Assembly: GCA_963773065.1 (NCBI GenBank)
Contig: CAVYZN010000016.1
Location: 80,904 to 144,903 of the forward strand
Direction of reading: 5' to 3'
From: an uncultured Gammaproteobacteria bacterium
GTDB taxonomy: Bacteria; Pseudomonadota; Gammaproteobacteria; UBA9214
Length of the DNA: 64,000 nt
Shown: positions 1 through 11,005 of the stretch, in pieces
Layout: every line of letters begins with the position of its first letter
Position numbering within the stretch: the first letter of the stretch is position 1
Program-made: the position numbers and the translations under genes
The notes under the pieces: model-generated
Told to the model about the DNA's origin: nothing
Seen by the model: the letters and a program-made list of their open reading frames with translations, nothing else
Databases searched by the model: none

Positions 1-2713
1 GACGCCGCAGTGCCTGCGGCGGTTTGCGTTGAAGAAGGCCGATCCGGCGCTCGAGCGAGGGTTTTTCCTGCGCTGCGGTGAGGTATGGGGAAGGTCTGCG
101 CGCGCTGAAACGCGACCTGCGCGCCGCCGCCCTGACAGAAGCCGCGGCCTTCGCGCGCGAGCAGGTCAGGCAGGCCAAATTCACGGCCCAGGTGCTCTCC
201 TACGACGATTTGCTCGCCGAGATGTACCGGGCGCTGCAGAGCGGCAACGGCGCGGCTCTGGCGGAGTCGGTGTGCACGCGTTTTCCGGTGGCGATGATCG
301 ACGAGTTTCAGGATACCGACCCGGTGCAGTACGGCATCTTCCGCGAACTCTACCGCGGCCGGCTGGACTGCGGCCTGATCCTGATCGGCGACCCCAAGCA
401 GGCCATCTACAGTTTCCGCGGCGGCGATATCTTCACCTACATGCAGGCCAAGCAGGACGTGGGCGCGGACAGCGTCTACACCCTGAACATCAACTGGCGC
501 TCGACGCCGGAGGTGCTGAACGCAGTTAACGCCTTCTTCAGGCAGCGTGAGAGGGATGCCTTCGTTTATGGAGAAACCATTCCGTTTATCGGCACCCACG
601 CGGCGGACAAGTCGCATCGCTATCTGCAAAGGGACGGTGAGCGGCAAGCCGCGCTGCAACTCTGGTTGCTGCCCGAGGGCCGCAACGCGAAAGGCGAGGC
701 GAAACCGCTCTCGAAAGAGGAGGCGAGCGGGCTGAGCCATGACGCCGTGGCGCAGGAGATCACGCGGCTCATCGCCGAGGGCAGAGCCGGGACGGCGCGG
801 CTCGGCGACCGGGCGCTCTGTCCCCGCGATATCGCGGTGCTGGTGCGTACCTCCTTACGAGGCCTCGGGTCTGCGCCGGGTGCTCTCGGAACATGGCGTC
901 AATGCCGTCTCCGTCGGGCGCGAGGGCGTGTTCAATACCCCGGAGGCGGCGGCTCTGGAGGTGCTGCTCCAGGCCGTGCTCGCCCCGCGCGAGCGGGAAC
1001 TCGCGCGCCTGGCGCTGACCTCCGCGCTGCTCGCCCTGGACTACGCGCAGATCGAGCGCATCCTCCAGAGCGAAGCGCAGTGGGTGGACTGGGTGGATCA
1101 ATTGCGGCTGTTGCACCAGGTCTGGCAGCGCAAGGGATTCATGTCGATGTTCCAGCAGATGCTGCGTCGCCTGGGTATCGCCGAGGCGCTCGGCCGGGGC
1201 GAACAGGCCGAGCGCCGCCTGACCAATCTGCTGCATCTGGGCGAGTTGCTGCAGCAGGCTTCCAAGGCTCACCCGGGCATGGACGCGTTGCTGGGATGGT
1301 ATCGGGAGCAGCGCGACCGCGGCGCGGCGGAAGAATCCGAACTGCGTCTGGAAAGCGATGAGGAGCTGGTGCAGATCGTCACCATCCATGCCAGCAAGGG
1401 GCTGGAGTATCCGGTGGTCTTCGTACCCTACCTGTGGGGCTGCAAACCGCGCGCACTGAACGGCTTGCTGGGGTTTCACCGCGGCAACGAGGCGTGTCTG
1501 GATGCCGGGTCCGACGCCATCGAGGAGCATCTCCTCCTCGCCGAGCAGGAACGCCTGGCCGAGGACGTGCGCCTGGCCTATGTGGCGCTGACCCGCGCGG
1601 AGGCCGCCCTCTATCTGGTGTGGGGGCGGGCCGGATCCAGAGACGGTTCCGCCGGCCAGACCGCGCTGGCCTGGCTGCTGCACCCGCACCAGGCGCGGGA
1701 ACGGCTGGCCGCGGAGCGCCCGGACGCGTTTGCCGGCCTGGCGGACCTGGAGCCGGACCTGCACCGGCTGGCGGAGCGGGCGCGGGGCGACATCGTCGTT
1801 ACCCCGCTGCCGCAGTCCGTGGCGGAGACCGTGGCGCCGCCGGCCGGAGAAGCCGGAAGCGCTGGCGCCCCGGCGCTTCACCGGTCACATCGCCACCGAC
1901 TGGCGGATCAACAGCTTTTCCGCCCTGACACGGGATGTCCATTCCGGTCCGGCGATTCCGCGTGCCGGCGCGGCGGATGACCCGGCGCTGCAATTTCCGG
2001 CGGGCAGCCATGTCGGCTCCTATCTCCACTTGCTGCTCGAATGCCTGGATTTCCGGGGCGATGTCGAACGGCAGGTGCTGCAGCACAGCGCGCAGGTGGC
2101 CGCGCGCTTCAACCTGGATCACGAACGCTGGGGCGCGAGCGCGGCCGAGTGGCTGGCGCGGGTGATCGCCACGCCGCTCGATGCGCAGGGGTTGCGGCTG
2201 GCGCAACTGCCGCCGCAGGCGCGGCTCAACGAACTGGAGTTCGATTTCTCCACGCAGCGGGTCGACATCCCTTCCCTGAATGCCTTACTGGAACAGGCGG
2301 CCGGTCGGCCTCTGCCGCCGCTCGAGGTCGCGACCTTCCGGGGCATGGTCACCGGCATCATCGACCTGGTGTTCGAGTACGAGGGCCGGTTCTACATCGC
2401 CGACTACAAGAGCAACTTCCTCGGCGGGCAGTTCGGCGACTACGAACGGCCCGGGCTCGAGCGGGCCGTGTACGAACGCCGCTATGACCTGCAGTACCTG
2501 CTCTACACCCTGGCGCTGCACCGCTACCTGCGCCAGCGCGTCGACGGCTACGACTATGCGCGCCATTTCGGCGGGATCCACTACCTGTTCCTGCGCGGCA
2601 TGCGGCCGGAAAGCGGGGCGGCGTGCGGGGTGTACTTCGTCCGGCCCGACCCGGCGCTGGTGGAGGCGCTGGACCGGCAAATATTCCACCCTGATGAGGC
2701 GGTAGCGACATGA
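1..2713 (+). CDS. recB: Exodeoxyribonuclease V subunit beta (5' end outside window; two apparent frameshifts near 853 and 1850)
   Basis: UvrD-type motifs IDEFQDTD, IGDPKQAIYSFRGGD, TIHASKGLEY and LAYVALTRA, plus the C-terminal nuclease GIIDLVF..IADYKSN, spread over ORFs 78-1361, 739-1980 and 1730-2713. Confidence 0.95.
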
Positions 2714-4560
2714 GCGACGTGTTGCGGCGCCTGATGGACACCGGCGGTCTCCCGCCGCTGGCGTATTACTTCGCCCGCTTCGTGGCGCGCGGCTGCGGGG
2801 TGGATGAGGACGGTCTGCTGGCCCGGAGCGCCGCCCTGGTCAGCCTGCGCAACCTGCAGGGCGACGTCTGCGTGGACCTCGCGCAGTATGCGGGCCGACC
2901 CCTGTTCGGGGATGACGACGAGGCATCGCGCGAGCTTCCCCGTGCACCGGCGCTCGGCGAGTGGCTGGAGGCGCTGGCCGCTGCGACCTGGGTGGGTCGG
3001 CCCGGCATCAGCGCGCCGCTCATCCTGGATAACCACCGCCTCTACCTCGGCAAGTACTGGCAGTACGAACAGACAGTGGCCGAGGCCCTGCGGGAGCGTC
3101 TGGAATCCGTGGCGGCGCTGGACGCGGCGCGGCTGGCCGATGGCCTGCGGCGGCTGTTCAGGGATGCGCAGGATGGCGCGACAGATTGGCAGAAGGTCGC
3201 GGCGGCGATCGCGGTCAGCCGCCGTTTTGCCGTGATTTCGGGCGGACCGGGTACCGGCAAGACCACCACCGTGGTGAAGGTGCTGGCGCTGCTGTTGGAG
3301 CAGGACCCGAGACTGCACATCGCCCTGGCGGCGCCCACCGGCAAGGCGGCGGCGCGTCTCACGGAAGCCATCCGCGGCGGCAAGGGCTGCGTCGACGCCG
3401 CGGCTGGAGTGCTGGCCGGCATACCGGAGGAGGCGAGCACGCTGCACCGGTTGCTCGGCGCCGGGTTCGGCAGCGGCTTCCGCCACAACCGGGACAACCC
3501 GCTGGTGCTCGACTGCCTGGTGGTGGACGAGGCCTCGATGATCGACCTGCCGCTAATGGCCCGTCTGCTCGAGGCCCTGCCGGCGCAGACCCGCCTCATC
3601 CTGCTCGGCGACCGCGACCAACTGGCCTCGGTCGAGGCGGGCAACGTGCTCGGTGATATCACCGGTCATGGCCAGGAGATCCGTTACAGCCGGCCGCAAA
3701 TCGATTTCCTGGAAGCTCTCGGCGTGGCGCCCGGCGGGGTGCTGCCGAGAGCGTCGCAGTCGCCGCGCGTCGCCGATGCGGTGGGACTGCTGCGGGTCAG
3801 CTACCGTTTTGCCGCGGACAGCGGCATCAGCGAGTTGGCGCGCCGGGTCAATGCCGGGGAGGGGGAGGCAGCGCTGCGGCTGTTCGGGGATGATCGCTAC
3901 CGCGATATCGCCTGGCTCGACGCGCGGGAGGGTGGCCTCAATCCCGCCTGCATGGACTGGGCGGTGGATCGCTATGCCCGTTATCTGCAGGAGGACGATG
4001 TGGCCGCCGCGCTTCGGTCCTTCGAGCAGACGCGGGTGCTGGCCGCGCTGCAGGGCGGAGCCTTCGGCGTCGAGGAAATCAACCGGCGCATCGCCGAGCG
4101 GCTGCAGGCGCGTGGGCTGATCCAAGGCGGCGAGGAATACCACGGCAAACCCGTCATGGTGACGACCAACGACTACGAAGTGGGCCTGTTCAACGGCGAC
4201 ATCGGCCTGTTATGGCGCGCCGCGGACGATACCCTGCGCGCCTGGTTTGCCTTCACGGCAAACGAGCCGCGCAGTGTTTCCATCCGCCAGTTGCCCGAAC
4301 ACGTCTGTGCCTACGCCCTGACGGTGCACAAGAGCCAGGGTTCCGAGTTCGACGAGGTGCTGCTGGTGTTACCCGCAACGGAAAGCCGGGTGCTGACCCG
4401 TGAGCTGGTTTACACCGGTGTTACCCGGGCGAGACGCCGGGTAACCATCCAGGGCGAGCGGCAGACCTTCCTGCAAGGCTGCCAGCATCGCGTGCTGCGG
4501 GCCTCCGCCCTGTCGGAGAAGCTCGGCTGGGGCAGGGAGCAGAGGAAACATCATCAGGCC
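2710..4560 (+). CDS. recD: Exodeoxyribonuclease V subunit alpha (homology ends near 4530; the ORF runs on to 5316 without a stop)
   Basis: GGPGTGKTT, VVDEASMID, GDRDQLASV, ALTVHKSQGSEF and RELVYTGVTRAR; ATGA overlap with recB. Confidence 0.93.
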
Positions 4561-4638
4561 ACCCTCAATAATCCTGAACAAATCCCGATTTTTCGAGGTT
4601 CCCATGCGTTGGGAGGCATGGACGCGTGTCGGGTGCGG

Positions 4639-5502
4639 CTACCCCCGCTGCTTGAAAATCCAGACTTCATTCAGGCGGAGTGTTTCCTTGACCTCTTCGG
4701 CATGGGTTTGCGCTTCTTTTGCCGTCGCAAAGCCGGTGAGCTGTACGCGCCAGAACATCCGGCCTTTCACCTCGGCTTGGTTCTGCTCCACGGGGACGCC
4801 GCGGTCGCGTGCGCTGGCCGCGAACCGTCCCGCCACCGCCTTGTTCGGGTCGGACAGCAAATTGATCACCCAAGGGCCCTTCTTGCCGCTCCCCTGCGCA
4901 AGAACCGCGTCGGTTGCGAGGGCGGTGGTAATCGGGATTGCTGGTTCTCCTTTGCGTGCCTCGACCGGTGTCTCCTTCACGGAATCCTGCGCCGCCGCGG
5001 TGTCACCCGCTGCCCCGCTGACCATGGTCACAGGTTGCGACTCGACGGGTGTGGACGCCGCCGCGGGTGTTTCCGCAAGCGCTCTCCTCACTCTGCCGGT
5101 GGCTTCCGTAGATTCGGGCGCGACATCGGCAGGCGACCGCGCAATGCCTGCCGCGGGCGCCTCGGAAGGGATGTCCACTTCCGTGATTGCCGTCGTCCCT
5201 TCCTCTGCTGCCCAGGCCGCGACGGTAGCCTGCCGCTGCTGCGAGGTGACCGAGGCGAGTTTGGCGTCGAGACCGGAAAATGCCTCGGTCAGCGCCCGTA
5301 CGCGCGCATTCAGTGAGGTATATTTTCCCTCGAGCAGGCTGGCGGGAAAGGCCCAGGTCTTTACCTCGACCAACTCGCTTTCCAGTGCACTCAGCCGCTT
5401 GTTGATGTCGAAAATATAGAGATTGACGCCAACGGTAAGACAGATAACGACGATCAGGGAAAACAGCTCCAGATATTTCAATATGCGATTATTAATGGCC
5501 AA
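4639..5502 (-). CDS. Membrane-anchored SPOR domain protein
   Basis: N-terminal TM, coiled coil, Ala/Pro/Thr linker, C-terminal SPOR (WVINLLS...WRVQLTGFATAKEA); TTG start. Confidence 0.8.
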   Translation of the reverse strand: MAINNRILKYLELFSLIVVICLTVGVNLYIFDINKRLSALESELVEVKTWAFPASLLEGKYTSLNARVRALTEAFSGLDAKLASVTSQQRQATVAAWAAEEGTTAITEVDIPSEAPAAGIARSPADVAPESTEATGRVRRALAETPAAASTPVESQPVTMVSGAAGDTAAAQDSVKETPVEARKGEPAIPITTALATDAVLAQGSGKKGPWVINLLSDPNKAVAGRFAASARDRGVPVEQNQAEVKGRMFWRVQLTGFATAKEAQTHAEEVKETLRLNEVWIFKQRG

Positions 5503-5787
5503 CGGTATTTGCCCTTGAGTTGTGAGTCGATTGACGTCGGGTTCTTTCCGGATAGGTCAAGGCGCCCGGGGTGGCTGGAGTTCTGCAGGGCCGGTCTCTG
5601 TAGAGGAAGAGTCCTGCGTTTTCCGCTACCTCTATTACACAGGCAAGCATCATTCAAACAGGTACTGAAAACCCGGCCTTTGTGGATGCTCATTTTTCTG
5701 ATTGGTACAGCAAAACAAGAACGACGGCCCGGCGGGCGGCGCTACGTTTAGGGATCGACATGGTGATGGCAATTGACAGTGCTGGCA

Positions 5788-5991
5788 TCACCATCTTTTC
5801 ACTATCCGACAAAGTAATCTTGTGAACAGGGTTTCAGTCGCCGGGTGATTATAAACATGCTCCAGAGGTACCCATTCTGCCGAGATACTATTCAATCGCC
5901 GGTCTGGGAATCTTCGCCGATTGTGGGGATAGGCCTGCTCCTCCTTGGTGTCGAAGCTGCGCCTGTCTGTCAACTTCCTCCGGTCTCGCAT
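5788..5991 (-). CDS. Small hypothetical protein with repeated (D/N)RRxxxDRR motifs
   Basis: 67 aa; DRRKLTDRR and NRRRFPDRR; GGATGAGGG upstream of the ATG. Confidence 0.6.
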   Translation of the reverse strand: MRDRRKLTDRRSFDTKEEQAYPHNRRRFPDRRLNSISAEWVPLEHVYNHPATETLFTRLLCRIVKRW

Positions 5992-6177
5992 CCCTCATCC
6001 TGCATTCATGAGTTTTCAAGCGGAGGGATTCTATCAAATCACTGTCCTAGTGACTAACGCTTCTGATCTTCGAGGAGAACGTCGCATTGGGGTCACCAAA
6101 TTTTCACCTCCAGCCCCCGCATTCGCGGGGTATTGGCTAGAATGACGGGTTTGGTCAGGGTATCACCTGACCCCGTG

Positions 6178-6495
6178 TCAGCCGCCTCTGTCGACCTCTT
6201 CCGATGGATTGTCCGGCAAGCGGGCATAGGGGTGGTCAATGGGCGTTTCCACATAGGCCTGGCGTGTCTTTTCGGATTCGAAATAAATGGTCAGATTCCC
6301 ATCGACGATATAGGGGTGGCCTGATACGTTCTCGATATCCCGGTTGGTAATCGGATCAATGGTATTGATGAGATGGTCCGGCTCATGCAGCCGATGGCTT
6401 TGCTCCCGATCGCGAGGCAATGGATCCGAAGCGACCCAGTTGAGGTTTTCAATACCCTGAACCGGGGTACGTTGAGTAGGTGTCGAGATGGTCAT
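6178..6495 (-). CDS. Hypothetical protein with a Cys-less YHS/TRASH-like segment
   Basis: AAGGAG RBS; IDPIT..DI....PY..DG..IYFESE.T..Y resembles the YHS pattern DPVC...YYFCS. Confidence 0.65.
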   Translation of the reverse strand: MTISTPTQRTPVQGIENLNWVASDPLPRDREQSHRLHEPDHLINTIDPITNRDIENVSGHPYIVDGNLTIYFESEKTRQAYVETPIDHPYARLPDNPSEEVDRGG

Positions 6496-6614
6496 TGTAG
6501 TCTCCTTAACCTTATCGGTTGATCGAGTCGCCGAACGCGCCTGCTGCGCCTAGCGAACCTCGTTGTGTGTGTCAGGATGAGTGGCTGGCGGCTAGCCTGT
6601 TCAGGCGCCGACGA

Positions 6615-7127
6615 TCAGACGTGCAAGGCATCGACGCTCCAGCCTACCCCACCTGCCATGGCTTCAGGATGGTTCCGATGGACCATTGCCTCCACTTTGG
6701 CTACCTGCCAGACGGGCACATCGATCATCAGCAGTATCTCCCGGTGTTTCATCGCACTCTGGAATTCGGCCAGATGGACGTTGGGGACGCGCATGACAAA
6801 TTCCAGCCCCAACAGAAAAGATGCCAGCATCACTCCCGCCGGTATCGCTAGCCAAAACCAGGGTGCCTGCAGCAGCGCAAGCACCACCAGCGCACTTAAT
6901 GCCATGAAAAACAGGGTCAGATTGCCGCCCCACAGATAATTCTCGATGCGTGCCCCAAGATCATCACGCTGCGTCGGCGAAGCGACGGGTAATCCACCCA
7001 CTTCACCACCGCGTCCCGCGATGGCATGCATAGAATTACGCTCGAATCCCCGCAATTCCAAGTCACTTACCAACGCTCGGGCATGTTCGCTATCGGGCGA
7101 CAGAAAATAGAGACGTCGCTTAATCAT
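6615..7127 (-). CDS. Conserved membrane protein (DUF1269-like)
   Basis: RRLYFL..D...AR, two TM helices, F..A....EILLMIDVP; GAGGAG RBS. Confidence 0.7.
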   Translation of the reverse strand: MIKRRLYFLSPDSEHARALVSDLELRGFERNSMHAIAGRGGEVGGLPVASPTQRDDLGARIENYLWGGNLTLFFMALSALVVLALLQAPWFWLAIPAGVMLASFLLGLEFVMRVPNVHLAEFQSAMKHREILLMIDVPVWQVAKVEAMVHRNHPEAMAGGVGWSVDALHV

Positions 7128-7396
7128 AGGCTCCTCGCTAGAACGGTCTGATGCTGGATCCCTCCAGCTCGCCGGCCGTGGGATGTTTACCCAACATGTT
7201 CATCACGCCACGGATCTAATTCTTGGTACTTAATAAACATAGTAAACCTGAGTGTTTTAGTCAAGTATTATGCGCCGCTGACCGATTGCGTATTTTTCTA
7301 CCAATTCGCGCCATGGCTCTTACTCTGAAGCTGAGAGTGCGTCAGCAGCCGACGGCCATCTCTTTGACGGGACAATCGGCGGACGTCCTGTAATCG

Positions 7397-7858
7397 CTAC
7401 GCGTCCACATTGATGGGCAGGGCGGTGGTGTACTTCATCTGTTCCATGGCGAAACTCGAGGTGACATTGGATAGTTCGATGCGGTCGATCAGCTTCTTGT
7501 AAAACCGGTCGTAGGCCTCGATGCTGTCGACCGCGACACGCAGCAGGTAATCAATTTCACCGCTCATGCGATAAACCTCCATAACCTCCGGCAGGTTACT
7601 GACCGCCTTGTCGAAGCGCGCTATCCATTCCCTGGTGTGCTGGTCGGTCTTGATCGCCACGAAGACCGTGACATCGGCGTTGACTTTTTTGGGGTCCAAC
7701 AGCGCGACCCTGGCTCGAATGTAGCCCTCCGTTTCCAGTTTTTGAATCCGCTTCCAGCATGGCGTAACCGACAGGGGGATTTGCCCGGCAATTTGTTTAA
7801 CTGTCAGGCTGGCATCTGTTTGGAGGAGATTCAGTATTTTCCTGTCAGTCGCATCCAT
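7397..7858 (-). CDS. decR: Lrp/AsnC regulator, DecR (YbaO/CyuR) type
   Basis: LSVTPCWKRIQKLE HTH; YRMSGEIDYLLRV; YDRFYKKLI; VTSSFAMEQMKYTTALP, all typical of DecR. Confidence 0.8.
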   Translation of the reverse strand: MDATDRKILNLLQTDASLTVKQIAGQIPLSVTPCWKRIQKLETEGYIRARVALLDPKKVNADVTVFVAIKTDQHTREWIARFDKAVSNLPEVMEVYRMSGEIDYLLRVAVDSIEAYDRFYKKLIDRIELSNVTSSFAMEQMKYTTALPINVDA

Positions 7859-7859
7859 A

Positions 7860-8010
7860 GATAAATATCCTATTTATACGGATTATACAAATAATATATT
7901 TTCACAATAGCAGATACCCTGCGTATTATAATAATTATTTTCTACAGATAATAGAATATGGATAAAAACAATATAGACTGATATCTACCGTCGGCAGTTG
8001 ACATTACGCT
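7860..8010. promoter_or_regulatory. AT-rich divergent promoter region, likely containing Lrp/DecR sites
   Basis: Strongly AT-rich stretch between divergent genes in a GC-rich genome. Confidence 0.5.
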
Positions 8011-8022
8011 AGGAGAGGAACG

Positions 8023-8442
8023 ATGGAATCCGTCATGAATCCGCTGGAAATCACAGGATTACCGTCCAATGTCGGCAGTTGGAGCGCGGTCAGCATCCCC
8101 GGGTTTCTCATCGCGGTTCTCAACCGCTGGCAGAGACACTTGGGGAGACTGCCGGCGCGATTTGTGTTGGTCGCCTGCCCACAGGTGGAAGTCAATGCCG
8201 TGGGGGGTCTTCCGTCCCGGGTCAGGGAACTGACGAATCCGCGTCAGCGGTTGCAGCATTTTACCGGTTGTCACAAGCCCTATCTGGTCATATTCCTGGT
8301 GGGCGAGGATACTGAAGCCCGCCGTGAAGAAATCCAGAAATGGCTCTCGTGGTCTGAAGGCTATCAGGTGGAATTCACGGACGGGACTCTACGACTGCGT
8401 TTCATCGAAGCAATCGAGGAGCGTGACGACGTCGCCGCATAA
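8023..8442 (+). CDS. Hypothetical protein divergent from decR
   Basis: AGGAGAGG RBS, 139 aa ORF, no recognised family. Confidence 0.6.
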   Translation: MESVMNPLEITGLPSNVGSWSAVSIPGFLIAVLNRWQRHLGRLPARFVLVACPQVEVNAVGGLPSRVRELTNPRQRLQHFTGCHKPYLVIFLVGEDTEARREEIQKWLSWSEGYQVEFTDGTLRLRFIEAIEERDDVAA

Positions 8443-8838
8443 GGGCATGAGGGAAATGCGCGGGGCCGGTGACCGCCACGCGGGTTCGAACGGGAACGCG
8501 ATACCACCTCATGGCATCGAAGGAAAGCCGGCTTCATTCGGCCCATGCCATACCCGCGCAAGCGGGACAACCCCTCAGTAGCTTTGAGCAGCCGCAGATA
8601 GGCTCGCACCGCGAATACTCAGAGTAGTTCGCGCACATCCCGCGCAAGATCAGTATTGTTTCGTCGCACCGGCGGGTCATAGCTGGAAATTCCACGCCAA
8701 TGGGCTAATCTGACAGTTGTCTCTCGTGCGGTGACCACGGCCATACCCATGGTGCGAACGGCAACCGTGAACAGGCTCGATTGGCGGGAGACAGTCCGGG
8801 AATTACCTGCTACTGACTAACGTTCATGGAGAAGACTT

Positions 8839-9108
8839 ATGATGATGACACGCAAGAAAATGACGGGCCTGCTGCTGGCTACAACCGCCGCCGCGCTGTT
8901 TAGCACCGCGAACATCACGGCAGCCGCAGAGGAAACCGCGAAAAGCGCGGAGGTGAAGTGCATGGGCATCAATTCCTGCAAGGGTACTTCCGAGTGCGCG
9001 AGCGCAACCAATTCCTGCAAGGGACATAATAGCTGCAAGGGCCAGGGTTGGGTGCACGCGAGCAAGGAGGACTGCACCGCCAAGGGCGGCAGCGTAATCG
9101 AAAAGTAA
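8839..9108 (+). CDS. bufA: Bufferin (BufA2-type) Cys-rich RiPP precursor with signal peptide
   Basis: Sec signal followed by [28 protein letters not shown]...C; lies directly upstream of DUF692. Confidence 0.85.
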   Translation: MMMTRKKMTGLLLATTAAALFSTANITAAAEETAKSAEVKCMGINSCKGTSECASATNSCKGHNSCKGQGWVHASKEDCTAKGGSVIEK

Positions 9109-9119
9109 TACCGCTACAA

Positions 9120-9153
9120 ATGCCAGGGCGCCGTCCGGCTCCCTGGCGTTTTC
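9120..9153 (+). terminator. Stem-loop after bufA (terminator or mRNA stabiliser)
   Basis: GCCAGGG...CCCTGGC stem followed by TTTT. Confidence 0.55.
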
Positions 9154-9296
9154 AACCAACGGTGTACCAACGACATAATCGGGCCGGTCGCACCGGAGCG
9201 CAGGCGCGGCGGAGCGGATCAGCGTTGCCGCTGCCTGCCGGCCGGCGCTACCATGTCCATCAGTACCCCGCACCCGCGCGGCGTACCATCAGGAAC

Positions 9297-10172
9297 ATGA
9301 TGGCGAAGTCAGAGCAAGGCCAAACCCGATTCCCGGATCTCGGCTTCGGGCTGGGTTTGCGCACGCAGCACTATCAGGAAATCCTGGACAGCGCTCCGCC
9401 CGTGGACTGGTTCGAGGCGCTGACGGAGAACTATCTCGTCCCCGGCGGCAAACCGCTCCATTATCTGGAGCAGGTCCGCGCCCGTTATCCGCTCGTTCTG
9501 CACGGGGTATCCCTGTCCATCGGCAGTTCCGATCCCCTCAATTGGGACTATCTGCGGCAGCTCAAGGCGCTGGCGGCCCGCATCGAGCCGATCTGGATCT
9601 CCGATCATTTGTGTTGGACGGGGCTTAACGGGCGCAACCTGCATGATCTCCTGCCCTTGCCCTACACGGAGGAGGCCGTGCTCCACGTGAGCGATCGCAT
9701 CCGGGCGGTGCAGGATTTCCTCGGCCGCCGCCTGCTGATCGAGAACGTATCGAGTTACCTCACCTATACCGATTCCTGCATGAGCGAGTGGGAGTTCCTG
9801 AGCGCGGTCGCCGGGCGCGCCGACTGCCTGATACTGCTCGACATCAACAACATCTACGTCAGCAGTTTCAACCATGAATTCGATCCGCTGGAGTACCTGC
9901 GGGGAGTACCCGTGGAGCGGGTACAGCAGTTCCACATCGCCGGGCATCGCAATCACGGCGACTATATCGTCGATACGCACGACGAACCGGTGATCGATCC
10001 GGTGTGGCGACTGTACGCCGACGCCTGCCGGCGCTTCGGACCGGTGTCCACCATGATCGAACGGGATGACAACATCCCCCCGCTCGCGCAATTGCTGGAG
10101 GAGCTCGATCGGGCGCGCCGCATCGCGGCCGGCATGGCCGTGCAGGCTCCGGAACGGGCAGGCGCCACATGA
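9297..10172 (+). CDS. bufB: DUF692 multinuclear non-heme iron oxidative enzyme (bufferin maturase)
   Basis: [72 protein letters not shown]. Confidence 0.93.
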   Translation: MMAKSEQGQTRFPDLGFGLGLRTQHYQEILDSAPPVDWFEALTENYLVPGGKPLHYLEQVRARYPLVLHGVSLSIGSSDPLNWDYLRQLKALAARIEPIWISDHLCWTGLNGRNLHDLLPLPYTEEAVLHVSDRIRAVQDFLGRRLLIENVSSYLTYTDSCMSEWEFLSAVAGRADCLILLDINNIYVSSFNHEFDPLEYLRGVPVERVQQFHIAGHRNHGDYIVDTHDEPVIDPVWRLYADACRRFGPVSTMIERDDNIPPLAQLLEELDRARRIAAGMAVQAPERAGAT

Positions 10173-10957
10173 GCAGCGGCAGTCTGCGCGAGCTGCAGGA
10201 ACAGTTCCAGTCCCATCTGCTGCATGGCGATCCCCGCGTGCAGGATCGCATCATCGGCACACCCCGGGTGGACGCGCACACGCGGCTCGCGATCTATGGC
10301 GATGCCTATCGCCTGCGATTGCTGGAGGCATTGAGGACTGACTTTCCCGCGCTGCATACGCTCGCGGGTGACGCGGAATTCGAACGCATCGGGCGCGCGT
10401 ACATCGACGCCCATCCCTCCGGGCACTTCTCGATCCGTTATTTCGGCCGCCGGCTCGGCGAGTTCTTGCGGCGGGACGAGCGCTGCCGGCGGATCCCGGT
10501 GTTTGCGGAGATGGCCGATTTCGAGTGGGCCTTGGGTTTGTCCTTCGATGCCCCCGACAGCGGGGTGATCGGCGTGGAGGACGTCGCCGCGATTCCAGCC
10601 GCGGCGTGGGCCGGGATGCGCATCGGCCTGCATCCCTCGCTGCAGCGGCTGGATCTGATCTGGAACGTGCCCGGACTCTGGAATGCGATTGATGAGGAGC
10701 AGCCGCCACAGGCGCCGGTCGCCGCCGACTGCCCGCTTGCCTGGATCATCTGGCGCCGGGAATTGCGCACGCTTTTCCGTTCCCTGCCGGTGGATGAAGC
10801 CTGGGCGATCGATTTCCTGGGGCAAGGACACGGCTTCGCGGAGATGTGCGAAGGGTTGTGCGAGTGGGTCGACGCGGCAGTGGCGGGAGCGCAGGCGGCG
10901 CTGTTCATGCGCCGCTGGGTGCAGGACGGACTCATCGCCCGCATCGATCTGGATTAA
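10169..10957 (+). CDS. bufC: DUF2063 RiPP-recognition partner (BufC/HvfC)
   Basis: [37 protein letters not shown]; ATGA overlap with bufB. Confidence 0.88.
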   Translation: MSSGSLRELQEQFQSHLLHGDPRVQDRIIGTPRVDAHTRLAIYGDAYRLRLLEALRTDFPALHTLAGDAEFERIGRAYIDAHPSGHFSIRYFGRRLGEFLRRDERCRRIPVFAEMADFEWALGLSFDAPDSGVIGVEDVAAIPAAAWAGMRIGLHPSLQRLDLIWNVPGLWNAIDEEQPPQAPVAADCPLAWIIWRRELRTLFRSLPVDEAWAIDFLGQGHGFAEMCEGLCEWVDAAVAGAQAALFMRRWVQDGLIARIDLD

Positions 10958-11005
10958 CCCGGATTATTAACCGCCAAGCCAGGATAACAGGGTACCGCTG
11001 TTGCC

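Noticed and set aside
4530-5316. 260 aa C-terminal extension on RecD
   Set aside because: It is the antisense of the SPOR gene with Arg/Cys/Gly-rich non-protein composition; a missed stop or indel near 4530-4570 is more likely
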